DNA of 64,000 bases, taken from assembly GCA_002633005.1 (NCBI GenBank), contig NMRA01000013.1, positions 672,995 to 736,994 of the forward strand. The letters are read 5' to 3'. The notes under the pieces are model-generated. The model ran no database searches. It saw only the letters and a list, made by a program, of their open reading frames with translations, and was not told the origin of the DNA. Both the position numbers and the translations under genes were made by a program. Positions 1 to 13,512 of this stretch are shown piece by piece. The stretch is from Phoronis australis. Its lineage: Eukaryota > Animalia > Phoronida. Numbering within the stretch: the first letter of the stretch is position 1; each line of letters begins with the position of its first letter.

Positions 1-737
1 GCGGAAACCCAAATTTGGAGGTCCACCAAATTCGGACACCACAAAATGATATTTCGCGAGATTCGTCCAAGAATGATTTTTTTCTCTTGGAATTAATTTT
101 CAGTGTCCGAAAATCACGCGACTTTACCGTAAGGTAAAAGTACTTACATAAGTCAAATACCTACTCTAATGACCGGCGTTTTATCAATAACAAGGAATCA
201 AGGAGTTCCATCGAAATTGCGCCGGGGGAACCCTGGTGTAAAGCAGATTTCCCGCACCTCACTAGTTCAAAACACTGAGCTAACCAGCCCGAAAAACAAG
301 AATCCCGACAAGAACCCCCGGGATTGGACAGGACACTCGGGGACGGAATATCTCTCCGCACTCTGTCAGAGTGAATATGTTGAGTTCGCCAATTTCGATT
401 TTTTTCAAATTCCGTTGTGATGATTGATGATGAGTTGAAGTACCCTCAGTAATGACGGTATGTTCACGCACAGTGTGTATTTTTGCTACGTAAACGCAAA
501 TACCGTCACCCGGGTGTAATGGTACACTCGGGTGTGCCGACCCGACTACACCAACTTTAGAGGTCGTGTAAATATAAATTTACACACGTGCAAATATACA
601 CTTGGCGCATAGAAAGCGATTTGAATATAGCGGCTCAGGTGTAAAAGCACAAGTCACTCCGCGACTATTATTTCTGTGATCTCATCTCCTCTAAAGCATC
701 ACAACGTCCAATAGATCTGCTGCTGCTACCGACTGCC

Positions 738-840
738 GTTGCTGCCGGCTGCTGCTGCTCGCGGCTGCTGCTGCTCGCGGCTGCTGCTGCTCGCGGCTGC
801 TGCTGCTGCTCGCGGCTGCTGCTGCTCGCGGCTGCTGCAT
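738..840. repeat. GC-rich minisatellite of (GCT)3-5CGCG units
   Basis: About 6 tandem units such as GCTGCTGCTGCTCGCG; explains the poly-A/S/Q ORFs. Confidence 0.9.
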
Positions 841-1934
841 GCTGCTGTTGATGCAGGTGAAACATTCAAGGGCGGCTTTTTGTGTGACGATTCCACTCGA
901 TATATGCACCATATCTTAATAGGCATACAATTTCATCGGAACAAATCAGCTGTTTGGTTCATTTCCAAAAGTTCGCTGTTCACTTTAAGCGCTATTTCCA
1001 CTAAAGTTAGCACGCCACAAACGTGAGCCGGCCAAGCCATGTTGTGTTTACTTCACTAATGATATAATCAGTATCAGTATTTTACACACCAAAATATAAT
1101 CGAATGATCATGTTGTTGAAACAAAAACCGTGAACAATATTTCGGAAACGATCATTGATAAACGACTTACACTGATACCCTTCTAAACCGACACAATTGG
1201 GAAATCACAAATTTTTCATTCAAGTGATGATCTTGTGGGAAATTTTGTGCAGAGTGAGCTGTCAAGAAAAACGTTGCCGATGCATGCGAACTGGAAAACA
1301 CTTTCGTGACTCTGTCAAGTTACCAACAACACGGTTATTAAATCTTGCACGCTTTCATTACGACTTAGCTCCAACGGTGGTTTGTTTATTTGTTTGTAAT
1401 ACGTAAGAGCAAAATGTGTAGGCTTTAAGGAAGGCCATCTGACATTTGACAATTTTCAAACCACCATTTGTTCTTACGTTTCCATTATCGATCTTTCTTA
1501 GAATGTATACACTTGACGTTTGCAACATAGTTCCACTTGAAAAGCAATAACAATTCTTGGTGATCGATACCCAAAGCCTCAGAGCAACCCAGATTTAAGA
1601 CAATTGTTCTAAATCAATCTTCTCTTCACTAACAAGCTCAACTTGTGTTGGCTTCCCTCCAAAGTGTATGTAATACTGAGCGCATTTTTTTTCCTTCATT
1701 CGAACGCGTTGTAATTTCACATGTAGAGTTGCGTATGGTGTATATTTACGCACGGGGTAAAANTTCTTCGGGTGCGAATCGTGAGTGGCGCGTTCATTTA
1801 AACTGTTTTCGAGTACGGATCGTGTATTAGTTATGGGGTATGTACTTCTTGGATCCTTATAGCATCTTCTAACCATGTAATAAGGGTTAACAACGCGTGA
1901 GACAAGGACTTTAAACTGATGGTATCATCTAATT

Positions 1935-4900
1935 CCTTAAATTTTTTGCGTTTTTTTAAAGAAGAAGTCAAATAACTCAAAAACAATAAGTCTGAGAAAA
2001 AAATTGTTACAGGTCCTTTAAAAGAATATACTTCAAAGAATCCACATGCAAAAAATCACGTCTTTTTCTCTTTCTGTTTAAAATCGCACTCCAACACGAC
2101 TGAAAATGGGTCAACATGCGCCAGATCCTCCACCTTGAAAGCAACTTCGATTTTTTTTCTCTGTATAATACCATGTCCTAAGAGACTAATACCTGTAAAA
2201 CTTCGAAGGAATTGGACCTATAACACGCCCTCTACAGGAGAAAACGTTTTTAGGCGATATTTCCGCCACCTTTAACCGGAAGTAAACAAGTTTCGGTTTA
2301 CTTGTAGCACACTTCCGATTCATTTACTGTGCCGATTCTTAGCTCTGTACGTAAAAAATTGTAGCCTCCAGAAGCATTTGAACCTTTAAATGAAAACAAA
2401 ATGGCCACCACAGTCGCAATCTTGGATCCGAATATGACGAAAAACAATAGCCTTCTAGTACTTTCGGAAGTACGTGTTATGTGTAAATTTCGCGATGTTC
2501 GGACAAAAATTGCGACCTGTATCGTGCGAACAAACAAAAAAACGAGAGCGCTCGGAGGAGCGACACTTGGCGGAATTAATCGAAAAGACGACGAGGACGA
2601 CAATCATGATGATCAAGGCGGCAATTACGAATAATACGATAACATTCATGTGACCAGCGATGAAATCAAACAGAGGGCATACAATCAGCTACAATAAAGA
2701 GCAATAGATGGCGCAACATGACGGACGAGCCATGCTTTGTTCCCACATTCCACAATAGGTGGCGCTATGCGACAGTCTGCAGAGCAACGTTATGTTTACA
2801 AATGTTTGGCATGGAATTCTACAGTCTACACTAGGACAGTGCTGACTGGGTCATGAGTCGGGGTCAACTAGGCATAACCAAAACAAGAACTGAAAGCCAG
2901 CCAGCTTCGTACTTTCATAGGTGACCGAAGGAACAACAGTATCCGAAAATCTTGAATAGTTCAAAAAGAAGACGTTGTAGCGCAAAATGGAAAATATCTT
3001 CTGGAAGCCCGTTCAAAACTCTATCTAACGTGACAGCTTGGCAAACACCCCAAAATTTTTCGAAAAATTAAAAATTTGCAAGTTTTTTATTTTGAAATTC
3101 AAAGTCAAATAACTCGAAAACGGTAAGTCTGAGAAATACGCTCTTGCAGACGCTTTGAAAGGTCATCCTTAAAGGAATCCACATGCAAAAATTCACGTCA
3201 TTTGCTCTTCCCGTTAAAAATGCGACACCAGAACGATTGAAACCGTGTGAGCATGTGCCACAGTCGCCATCTTGAAAGTGACTTCCGGTTCAATAAACTT
3301 TTATAAAAGCTTATTAACCCTATCGTGTTTCTATTTACAGCAAAATCACCATATGGTGAAGACCACATTAAATTGAGAAATTCCACTTATTTTGAGTGCA
3401 TGTAAAAAAATGACCATAACTTTACTATTTGGCAAGATATTAACTTGATTTTTGGAACATATATCCGACATATGATGGTGTTCATGTAGCTGTTGACTTT
3501 ATGAGCGAAACTCATCAAATTATCAGGTAAATGCAGGTAAAGGTAGCAAATAATGTGCTTGTCAATTAAATTACGCCATTTCCATCCAAAATATTACTGT
3601 TCTTATTGTTTAGACAATAAAATAATTAATTCACAATGTTCTTCAATTCATTCTAAGAAGTCAGGTAAGTATTCACCGCATTACCAAGACAATATGTTAG
3701 ATAACAACAAGCAGGTAACAACCAAGTCAACCGGCAGAAAGATGAACACAATGTACAAGCCCAAAATCTTAGGATAATTTGGCTTGCAATAACAGTTAAG
3801 ACCAAAAACATACTCAGCAAAATGTTAAACAACAATCACAGGTTACCATTTAACCATTACCTGAAGGTAATGAGCCACAACAAACAAGTAGGTATAGGTA
3901 AGTACAGGTAAGTCATCATATTCCGAATTCACGACATTTCGAATTGTATGTAATGCATGAAATAAACTTTTACTGTCTTAGAAAATGTTACTTTTATTAT
4001 TGGCAACTACTTCATACCCATCATGATCCCAATAAAGAAAAAAAAACTTTATTTCATCAGGGCATGTTGGCTGCCATTTTGTTTCCAGTGATGTTGCAAA
4101 ATTCTGCTGGCCAAAAAGATTCGTTCCCTGAGACACCATCTCAAAAATAATATCTGGCAAAGCAGTTTGAAACAGTGAACAGGTTTGGCTGAAGGTTATA
4201 AGTCATGATTAACACTGGTTATTTCAGTAAATCCCATAAAATTATTATTGCACAAGTCCCGAGACCAATCGGCACCAAGTGCTGCTAATACTGGATCGGC
4301 AACATCGGCGATTTCATCATCGCCCTTATCCCCAGTCGACGAAACATCGTAGATATTAGCTTCAAATTTATTTTTGACAACAAGTCCTTCACAAATTCGA
4401 AGAAATTCGGCTACTTGTGCATTCGTAAAACCGCCGAAACTAGCGTCACTGTCACTGGTATAGGCGTTGTTTTCACCGGAAGCCACGAGAAATTTAAATT
4501 TTCAGAAACAAGTTAAAAAATTACCCGAAAATTACCTCAAAAAACTTCAGATTCAATTGTCAGACATCGTGAAATGTGGTAGGACGAACAGACGGATGTT
4601 TACAACGGAAATAACGTTCACTGACTCGAGAATATGCGTGAATGGACTGTAACTGTATTTATGAAGGTAAGGTTGGCCGGTTTGAGCCGGGTTGGTTGCA
4701 TACAGCAGCGGCCGGGTTTGGCCGGGTTCGTTTCGAAAGGGTTAAACTCAACAAACACGTGACCAGTTTGAAAGCGATTGGTTTGCAAATGTGCCCTCTA
4801 CAGGAGAAAACGTTTTTGGCCATATTTCGGGGTGCGCATGCACCACTTCCAATATTTCCGCCATCATTGACTGGAAGTCAACGATTTTCTGCACACGTGT

Positions 4901-7345
4901 AGCACATGCGTTTTAGTATAATCGTGTCGATTTTCAGCTATGTACGTCGAAAAATGCGGCCTCTACAAGCAATTGACAGTAAAATCGGATAAAAAAAGGC
5001 CGCCACGTCCGCCATTTTGTATCCGATCATGACCAAAAACAATAGGCTTCCAGGACTTTTCGATCTACACGGCGTGAGCAAATTTCGTAAAAATGGGACG
5101 AAAATTGCGACCTGTAGAGTGCGAACAAACAAAAAAAAACGAGAGCGTTCGGAGGAGCGACACTTGACGGCATTAATCGAAAGGACGACAACGGGGAGGA
5201 CGACGACAATCATGACGATCAAGGCGGCAATAATGAATAACACGGTAACATTCATGTGACTAGCTAAGAAATCAAATAGAGATGATATTATGAACTACAA
5301 TGAAGAACAATAGATAGCGCAACATGACAGACGAGCCATGCTTTGTTCCTGCAATCCAAAATAGGTGGCACTATGTGACAGTCTGCAGAGCAAAGTTATG
5401 TTTACAATAGTATATCGCTTGGAATTCCAGTCTACAATATGACAGTGCAAGCTAGGTCAGTCGGGGGTCACAACTCTCTGTTAACTTGTACAGACATAAC
5501 CAAAACAAAGTGAACTGCCGAAAGCCAGCCAGCTGCGTGCTTGCATAGGTGACCGAAGGAACAACGGTATCCAAAAATCTCGAATAATCCAAAACGTAGA
5601 CGTCGTTGCCGTTTTTTTTGAAATTCAAAGTCAAATAACTCGAAAACGGTAAGTCTGAGAAATACGCTCTCGCAGACTTTTTGAAAGGCCATACTTTAAG
5701 GAATCCACATGCAAAAATTCACGTCATTTGCTCTTCCCATAAAAAATGCGATACCAGAACGATTGAAACCGTGTGAACATGTACCACAGCCGCCATCTTG
5801 AAAGTGACTTCCGGTTCAATAATCTTTTATAAAAACTTAAAACTCAACAAACACGTGATCAGTTTGAAAGTGATTGGTTTGCAAATGTGCCCTCTACAGG
5901 AGAAAATGTTTTTGGCCATATTTCGGGGTGCGCATGGGCCACATCCAATATTTCCGCCATCTTTGACCGGAAGTCAACGATTTTCTGCACAGTTGCAGCA
6001 CATGCGTTATAGTATAATCGTACCGATTTTTAGCCATGTACGTCAATAAATGCGGCCTCTACGAGTATTTGACTGTGAAATTGGATACAAAATGGCCGCC
6101 ACATCCCCCATTTTGTATCCGATCATAACCAAAAACAATAGCGTTCCAGTACTTCCCAATCTGCATGTTGTATGCAAATTTCGTGAAAATCGGACGAAAA
6201 TTGCAAACAGTAGAGAGCGAACAAAAAAAAATACGAAAGCACTTGGCGGAAATAATCGAAAAGAGGACGATGAGGTGACAACGACAATCATGACGATCAA
6301 GGCGGCTATTATGAATACCACGATAACATTCATGTGACTAGCGAAGAAATCAAATAGAGAGCATACAATTAACTACAATAAAGAACAATAGATTGTGCAA
6401 CATGACGGTCCAGTCTACAGTAAGACAGTGCTGGCTGGGTCAGTCTGGGTCAACTAGGCACCTAAACAAAGTGAACTGAGAGCCAGCCAGCTTCGTGCTT
6501 GCATAGGTGATCGAAGGAACAACGGTATCCGAAAATCTCGAATAATTAAAAAAGAAGATGTCGTAGCGCAAAATGGAAAATATCTTCTGAAAGCCCGTTC
6601 AAAACTCTATCTAAAGTGGTAGTTTGGCAAAATTCAAAAAAAATTTTGAGAAAATTGAAAATTTGCTGGTTTTTTTTGAAATTAAAAGGCAAATAAGTCG
6701 AAAACGGTAAGCCTGAGAAATACGCTCTTGCAGACTTTTTGAAAGGCCATACTTTAAGGAATCTACATGCAAAAATTCACGTCATTTGCTCTTCCCGTTA
6801 AAAATGCGACACCAGAACGATTGCAACCGTGTGAACATGCGCCACAGCCACCATCCTGAAAGTTACTTCCGGTTCAATAATTTTTTATAAAAGCTTATTT
6901 AAGTCAACAAAAATGTGACTAGTTTGAAAGTGATTGGTTTGCAAATGCGCCCTCTACAGGAGAAAACGTTTTTGGCCATATTTCGGGGTGCGCATGTGGC
7001 ACGTCCAATATTTCCGCCATCTTTGACCGGAAGTGAACGATTTTCTGCACACTGGTAGCACATACGTTCTAGTATAATTGTACAGCCATGTACGTCGATA
7101 AATGCGGCCTCTACGAGTATTTGACTGTGAAATTGGATACAAAAACAATAGCGTTCCAGTACATCCCGATTTATACGTTGTGTGCAAATTTCGTGAAAAT
7201 CGGACGAAAATTGCGACCTGTAGAGAGCAATCGAACAAAAAAAATACTTGCTGTCAGACCAACATCCTTGGCGGAAGAATTACACCAAGTAAAAATTAGT
7301 GACACAGCAACATACTTGGCGAAATAAATTTCGCCAAGTAAAAAT
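1935..7345. repeat. Tandem array of a ~1.06-1.14 kb unit with ~150-bp-scale internal structure, possibly the core of a Helentron-type element
   Basis: Homologous anchors (AAAATGCGACACCAGAACGATTG-like) near 2080, 3218, 5743 and 6801; terminal palindrome TACTTGGCGAAAT-AA-ATTTCGCCAAGTA then AAAA near 7313-7344. Confidence 0.8.
3318..4741 (-). mobile_element. Degenerate, internally deleted piggyBac element
   Basis: TTAA|CCCTATCG...CGAAAGGG|TTAA ends. The equivalent site is empty in sister repeat units (~5837, ~6899). Frameshifted transposase N-terminus at 3978-4486 (acidic leader, WS..., MVSQGTNLFGQQ, KWQPTCPDEIKFF) resembles PGBD. Confidence 0.8.
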
Positions 7346-7519
7346 ACAAACTAAACTACAAGTGAGACTAACGAGATACGGAACGAAGGGGACGGAGTGG
7401 ATGGGGAAGGTGCAGGCAATACTGACACCAATGGTAGGAAACGGGTGGCCTGGTAAAGGCAGGGGAAGGGAGAGACAAGAGGAAGGGGGAAATTAGGGAT
7501 GAGGTTGGAGGAAAACTGA

Positions 7520-7720
7520 CATGCGGAGGTATCCCTTGACAGCGTCGGACTTCCAGGGGCCTATGCGTTGGATGACGGGCTCCGGGAGGCCGAGAGCGGC
7601 GGCAGAGGTGGCGTCGCCGATGCAGAAACAGTGAGACTTGTAGAGGGAGGGGTCAAGGGATGCAGAGATTATGACGGCATTGAGCTGGTGGGTGAAGAAG
7701 GAACGTGACGGGGGAGGAGT
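7520..7720 (-). pseudogene. Tyrosine-recombinase C-terminal relic of a DIRS/Ngaro-type retroelement
   Basis: LDPSLYKSHCFCIGDATSAAALGLPEPVIQRIGPWKSDAVKGYLR resembles YxSHSFRIGAATxAA.G.....I...GRWxSxA...Y.R; catalytic Arg is lost. Confidence 0.8.
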
Positions 7721-8008
7721 TGGCGAGACGGAAAAGGGGGCCGGACAAATGGGGGGATAAGGCCAGATAGGTCCGGAGGTGGGCAACAGGACACTAAGGA
7801 GAGGGAGAAAGAAAAACTAAAATACAAACAAAATCTAGTTAGGATAGAGTTGATTTTTTATGTTATCCCATTTTAGCCTACAGAATGTCATTTTTACAGC
7901 TTATTTTCAAGGCCATTCTTACCGTTCTCCCAAACCTATACCAAAAGGTTTTGAAACATGAGCTACCCTCCATCTGTTACTGCTGTCTTGAACCCAACGC
8001 AAAAATAA

Positions 8009-9335
8009 ACAAGAGCAACGTGGAGCATTGAAATACGCCCACGAATACATTGCAAGTGGTGTGCTTTTAGCGTTGTTTATTGGTCATATAAACTGCAACC
8101 AGATGGCCCAAAAATGTACAATCCATCCAAAAATGGGAAACTGTCATAGCTTCTTTCATAGAAAGCTAATATTCACCAATTTCAATGAAATCTGTCACGG
8201 AAATTCAGACAAACAAAGGAAAACAGAATAAAATGAAAACTGCCACTAAGGAGCACGGTGTTCATTGGATTTGCCTGAAAATCGTCATTGTCTGTTGTTA
8301 GCTTTATGTAAATGCAATTACTAAATTTAATAAAGACCCAGCAGTGGGTTTAGGAGATACAGCTATGGGTGCAAAACTACTATTGGAGACGCCACAGTAG
8401 TCAATGTCGTCATCGTCAACCATCCTCTTCATGCAGAGAGCATAAACGCCAATTTTCAAAACCATCCTTAGAATGATTTGGTTGATAGAGGGGTGCACAC
8501 CAAAAAACAGACTCGAAAACAGCAAAAATGACCACTAGAAGGCGCAGAATACCTAGATTCCATCCAAAAACAGAGGGATAGCGTAATCTCACCAACAGAT
8601 GCCTGTATTCAAAATTTTATGAAAATCCGTTGAGGACCCTTGAAGATACAGAGCTTAACGTAAAAAAATAAAATTGCCACCAGGGGGCACACCAGTAGTC
8701 AAATCCGTCTGAAAGTCGTCATCGTTCTTTGTTAACATCATAAAAATGCATTAAAATTTTAGTAAAGATCCTGTAGACGGTTTAGGAGATACAGCCATAG
8801 GCGCAAAAAACCAAAACTGCCACTAGGAGGCGCCACAGTCGAAATCATCGGAAAATCCTCGGCAGCCGTCCTCTTCATAGTAAGAACATAGATGCCAATT
8901 TCCACAATCATCCTTAGAGTGGTTTGGTTGATAGAGAGATGGACGACTAAAAATATACTCAAAAACAGTAAAAATGGCCACTAGGTGGCGCAAATTACGT
9001 TGAATCTGTCCGAAAACAGGTGGATAGCGTCATGTCACTAATAGATGCCTACATGCCAAATTTTATGAAAATATGCTGAAGACCTTTCAAGATAGAGCGG
9101 TAAGCGTAAAAAACTAAAATTGCCACTAGAGGGCAGACCGGTAGTCAAATCCATCCGAAAGTTCGCTCATGCCGTCCCATCCATGAAATGAGCGCATGAT
9201 TGTGCAAAATTTCATGAACATACGTTAAACGGTTTTGGAGTTAGAGCAGCGGATGCCGGACAGACGGACGCCGGACAGACACTGCCCGGACAGAGATGAA
9301 GGCATAATACGTCCACATACGTGGGCGCATAAAAA
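8009..9335 (-). mobile_element. Non-autonomous Helentron-associated element (HINE/DINE-1-like)
   Basis: On the minus strand: T-run, subTIR ATGCGCCCAC with adjacent partial inverted copy, (TCCG/TCTG)n microsatellite, ~150-bp internal tandem repeats, distal subTIR GTGGGCGTAT, short hairpin, CTTGT end. Confidence 0.8.
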
Positions 9336-9688
9336 TCTGGTCTCTTTCGGAGTTTTTGTGTAGTCAGTTTTCTATCAGCCTGAGGGTGACTGTCATCTTA
9401 AAGACAGCATCCAGCGGCTAACACCTTTTTGACATCAGAAATGTATGAATTGTTCATAAAAAATATTGTTTTTTCTTCTTACATACCACGGAAAGTAATT
9501 AATTGCGCTGCAAATTACACCGCTCATAATTCGTAGCCCCTTCGAGCACCCCAGAAAAAATCTCAACCGATCAGGGTTAAGTGGTTCATATGACATCATC
9601 GTGGCCATGAAATTACTGGGAAGCCACACTGCGTAACAGCTGAGTGCCATTTCTTAAACGTTCTGTACTTGTCGATCTCTGGGCTAAA

Positions 9689-9850
9689 ATGCCTCTTTGC
9701 ATGGTGTGCGGGTGTAGCAATGTCAGCGACAATGGGATACATTTGCACAACTTCCCCACCGATTACGTCATGTGCCGTGCGTGAAATCGAATTGTATCCA
9801 CGACAAGGACTGGCGACAAACTTTCCCGATCAGCAAGATCTGTTTTAGGA
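9689..9850 (+). pseudogene. THAP zinc-finger relic, probably from a DNA transposon
   Basis: MPLCMVCGCSNVSDNGIHLHNFPTDYVMCRA*NRIVSTTR fits THAP M.xCxxxGCxN...hHxFP...W...R, with the conserved Trp changed to TGA. Confidence 0.7.
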
Positions 9851-12459
9851 TTGGTGCAAAGCTGTACACAAAATCTACAGCTTGGCGTCGATGTGGGTAA
9901 AAATTACTCCGACTCAGAAATAGTGTCATTAAAAGTAACACTGCTCTTTGAGTAAACCAATTTATTAACCGGTGTTGGAAGAATTATTGTTCTATTGCTC
10001 ATCTACTGCTAAAATTGAAGTGCGCTCTTGTGAGTCGGCGTTTTGCGATTACGTCAACTGACCTAACAGTTTCATTTGCCCCCGGTTTATCTTCAATCAC
10101 TGTTCTTTGCTGCCACGAGGTTGCATACAGTCACAACAAATTGTCGGAACTGGTTTCATTTCGTTACAAGTTATTAGCATTTTTAAGAGTAGCAAACCGA
10201 ATTTAGAACAAACTTTACTGCTTTGAGGCTGTCATCATGTCCCAAAAGAAGTCGCAAAATTTTAGTACGGCGCGTGCGCGTGTCACGAGCGTAGGCCTAC
10301 TGTTTTTCAAAATGACGAGACTTTCTTTGTTACACAACTCAAAAGGCGGAAAGTAATGCTAGAAAATGACGTTTATTAGATTATTCTCCCTTTAACGACT
10401 GGCAATGGGCAGGGTGAGTGTCCGAATTGTCTCGCTCCCAGATTAATTGCACGTACCCCGGCCGGCATCGGTCATTGGCTCTGCGATAAAAGTTTCACGA
10501 CGAGATGACTAACACAAATCATACCCAGCCTGTATGAAATTTCGTGGTTTAACAGAGCTAAATTCATAGTGTTACCTGGCTGTATTTTGGCGATTGTCTT
10601 CAAACAACTAGCTGACTGGTGGCTACAAAAAATCTGCAGTGTGCACTTCGACGTTTCGTGTTACTGTTCCAGCCCAGAGTATACTAGGGATTTTGGCCCA
10701 AATCCAGAATATTCTGTCCGATTTGGGTCATTCCCGTAGGCCTAATGGAATTCTGATACTGAATTTAAAATGTTCAGTTGATTACAAATTCTTATAATTG
10801 GGTATGTTTTCATGCAATCTTTATTTCGTACATGTAGTTTTAATTTATTACAGACACTCACAATGTTGTGTTGCTATTAAATTTTCAATTTTGTTAGGTT
10901 GACCAAGTCAAAATGGGGGCGATTACGGGTTGCAGCATTTCAAAGCAACTTATTTGGAAAATTGAGTTTCTAATATAAAGTTTTCAATGAATTTGAATAT
11001 AATTGCTTTGTACGAAAAGATCAAGCTGATATGAGTTGTAACATTTCCAAGTATTTTGCACCAAGTTAAACGGCCTATTGTTGCCTATACCAATACGGGA
11101 CACACTCTGGCGACAGCCGCCCGTAGGCCTATTGGAATCGCCCAGCGTTCACACCTTAGGCTTCAAAAAGACATGAATGCGAAGTTCATAACATCAAAGT
11201 TTTTGTATCAAGCAAATTACACTTTATAACAAACATAATTGTGAAATTGCTGATAACAATTCAGACGAAGCATTTTGTTTTTCCGACTGTTTCGACGGCC
11301 CCAGTCACAATCACGGGGATTCCCATATAGACCCATATTAGAATGTGTGTTAAATAATTAAATAAAAAATTCTAAAGGTAATGATTTTGATCGATTTTAA
11401 TATTAACTGACATGATTTTCCATGTATTTTGCACTAAATTAAATGGCCAGTCATATCTGCTTCCAACACTGTGTAGACACGGTGAAAGCCAAATTCGTTG
11501 TAACGATGATGTCATAGACTTCGATTAGTGCAAGCACCATCTCAAGTTTTTTTTTGGCGCTAAATGGGGTTCGTGATGGGGCTACTGAATTGTCTAAGGC
11601 CTACCTAATTAATGACTGGGATATGCTATGACATAGTATTTTGATGTTTTTCATCAATAAATGTATTTTAGATGTAAAAATAGTCATTTTGGCACCATAC
11701 TAGGCCTTTAAGACTCTAAGTGGTGTTACTTGGTTGTGCAATTATCTGCTGCACAATATGCCAAACAAACATCATACGTATTGCTGCATCAGTGACTAAG
11801 GAGACTATGGGAAGCTGTCAGAGATTTTTTTCACGGATTTTCAGTTCTGCAGGTGCAAAAACGAAAATCTATCATAGGATTACGGAGCTCAAAGTCATTG
11901 TAATGAGCTCCATTACCATTTCATACTTCAGAGAAACAGATTTTGTTCTAAAGGGGGGCCAAAACCTCTTGCTTGGTCTGTTTTCGAGCACCGTATTAGA
12001 CTTAAGAATCTCATGCACTGCCTAAAGTGCAAGGGGTCCACTTTCAAAACAACTGGGCAAATGCTGGATCTGCTTGCTTGAAAAGGTCTGTTCCTACTAT
12101 TACAAAAGTTAATGTTAAAACTAATCAAGATTTTTGAGAGTGCAAATTAAAAAATAGTGAATGGTGGATACGAGCAGAGGGGTCGTGTCATTGGACATAC
12201 AATGGGTCACGCAATGTTTCCTCTATTATAGAGCAGCCGAGTGTGATGGTACGCGTGCCCCACTGGAATTTGCGGTTGGACAGATACGAATATTTACAGC
12301 TGAAAACATAACACTTTCAGTGGTATCCGAGTTACCTGCTTTCCAAACCACTTTTTAAGCAATTGGGTGTTCAAGCTGCGTCTTAGCAGATAAAAGGTTT
12401 ACAACATGTAAATTTCGTTAGTGCGACTCAATTGTCAGTCAGGATAAGGCCCAATCACA

Positions 12460-12635
12460 ACAAGAGCAACGCTGAACGTTGAAATGCGCCCACAAATGCA
12501 TCGCAAAGGGTGTGCTTTTAGGGTTGTTTATTTGTGTCATTAAAATGGCCACTAGATGGCGCAAAATACACCGAATCTGCCTGAAAACCAAAAAAATGTC
12601 ATCTTGTCTTTAAAAGAAAGCCATTTACCAACATA
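12460..12635 (-). mobile_element. Terminal fragment of the same HINE family
   Basis: ACAAGAGCAACGCTGAACGTTGAAATGCGCCCAC terminus plus first repeat unit. Confidence 0.75.
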
Positions 12636-13512
12636 GCTCGTGGCATACCCCGGGCAAAATAGATTACGATAAATATATTTATGTGAGCATATGGACCCGT
12701 TTTACTCCTTTCCCCCCTCATTTCGGTCTATTCCATTATTCTCTGTGTAGGACTACACGTCGTTTTCTGAGCCTTCGTATTGGTCTGTTGTTATCACGTG
12801 CCTCGAGTTTGGTCAGCTCTTAGCTCTTATAGGCTGATGATTGTCACGTGTCGTTAAACGTTTTCTTTGTTATTGTCACCTCGGTTCACCTTTGTTCCGG
12901 CCACATTGTCGTATGTTCCAAAACTTATTAATTTTTTCCCACCCTCTACCACACCGTTTTCGTTCTTTCATACTTCCACCTTGTCAGCGCTTTTTTATCG
13001 CCCATCTTACCAGAGATTATCATTTTTTATTTTTATATTACCTGTATTCACTATATTTACTTGAAATTCAATTTGTCATAATAAATGACCTTATATCGCC
13101 TACCTCAGTCTCCTTTTCATCTCTGGTAACGAGCTTCCGACGCACGTATCATTCATCTATTATTCCGGAAATGTGTCGATCATAAATGAAAAAATTAAAA
13201 GTAAGCCTTTATAGCCAAATAGGTGACAACTTGACAAATATTGCAGCAGTATGCTTTGGGCCAGCATCTCAAAACATGCACAAAATATTAGCCCTGTATG
13301 AATTTTTGAGTATATAGCAATTTTTCATTTTCATATGGTTTTATTATGAAATCATTCCTAATTCCTGACCTATTAAGTCTAAGTGAGACACACAGGGATT
13401 GAATCACACCAGGCCTCTGTAGTGATGTGTTGTGCAGTACAAAAAACTTTTGTTGCCCTACGCTGTTCCTACACTGGCCACTGTGGGACACAAAGAGCTA
13501 CGCAAGATGCAT

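Noticed and set aside
668-1026. Poly-Ala/Ser/Gln ORFs
   Set aside because: Produced by the (GCT)nCGCG minisatellite; no splice or domain support
2298-7327. Recurrent similar short ORFs (e.g. MRPLRVFDCEIGYK, TIMTIKAAIMN)
   Set aside because: Translations of satellite units; the frames are not preserved between copies
13288-13491. Possible next stabilin exon after a TCCCACAG acceptor
   Set aside because: The phase-0 reading stops at once (TGG CCA GTG TAG) and the open frame lacks the expected Cys pattern
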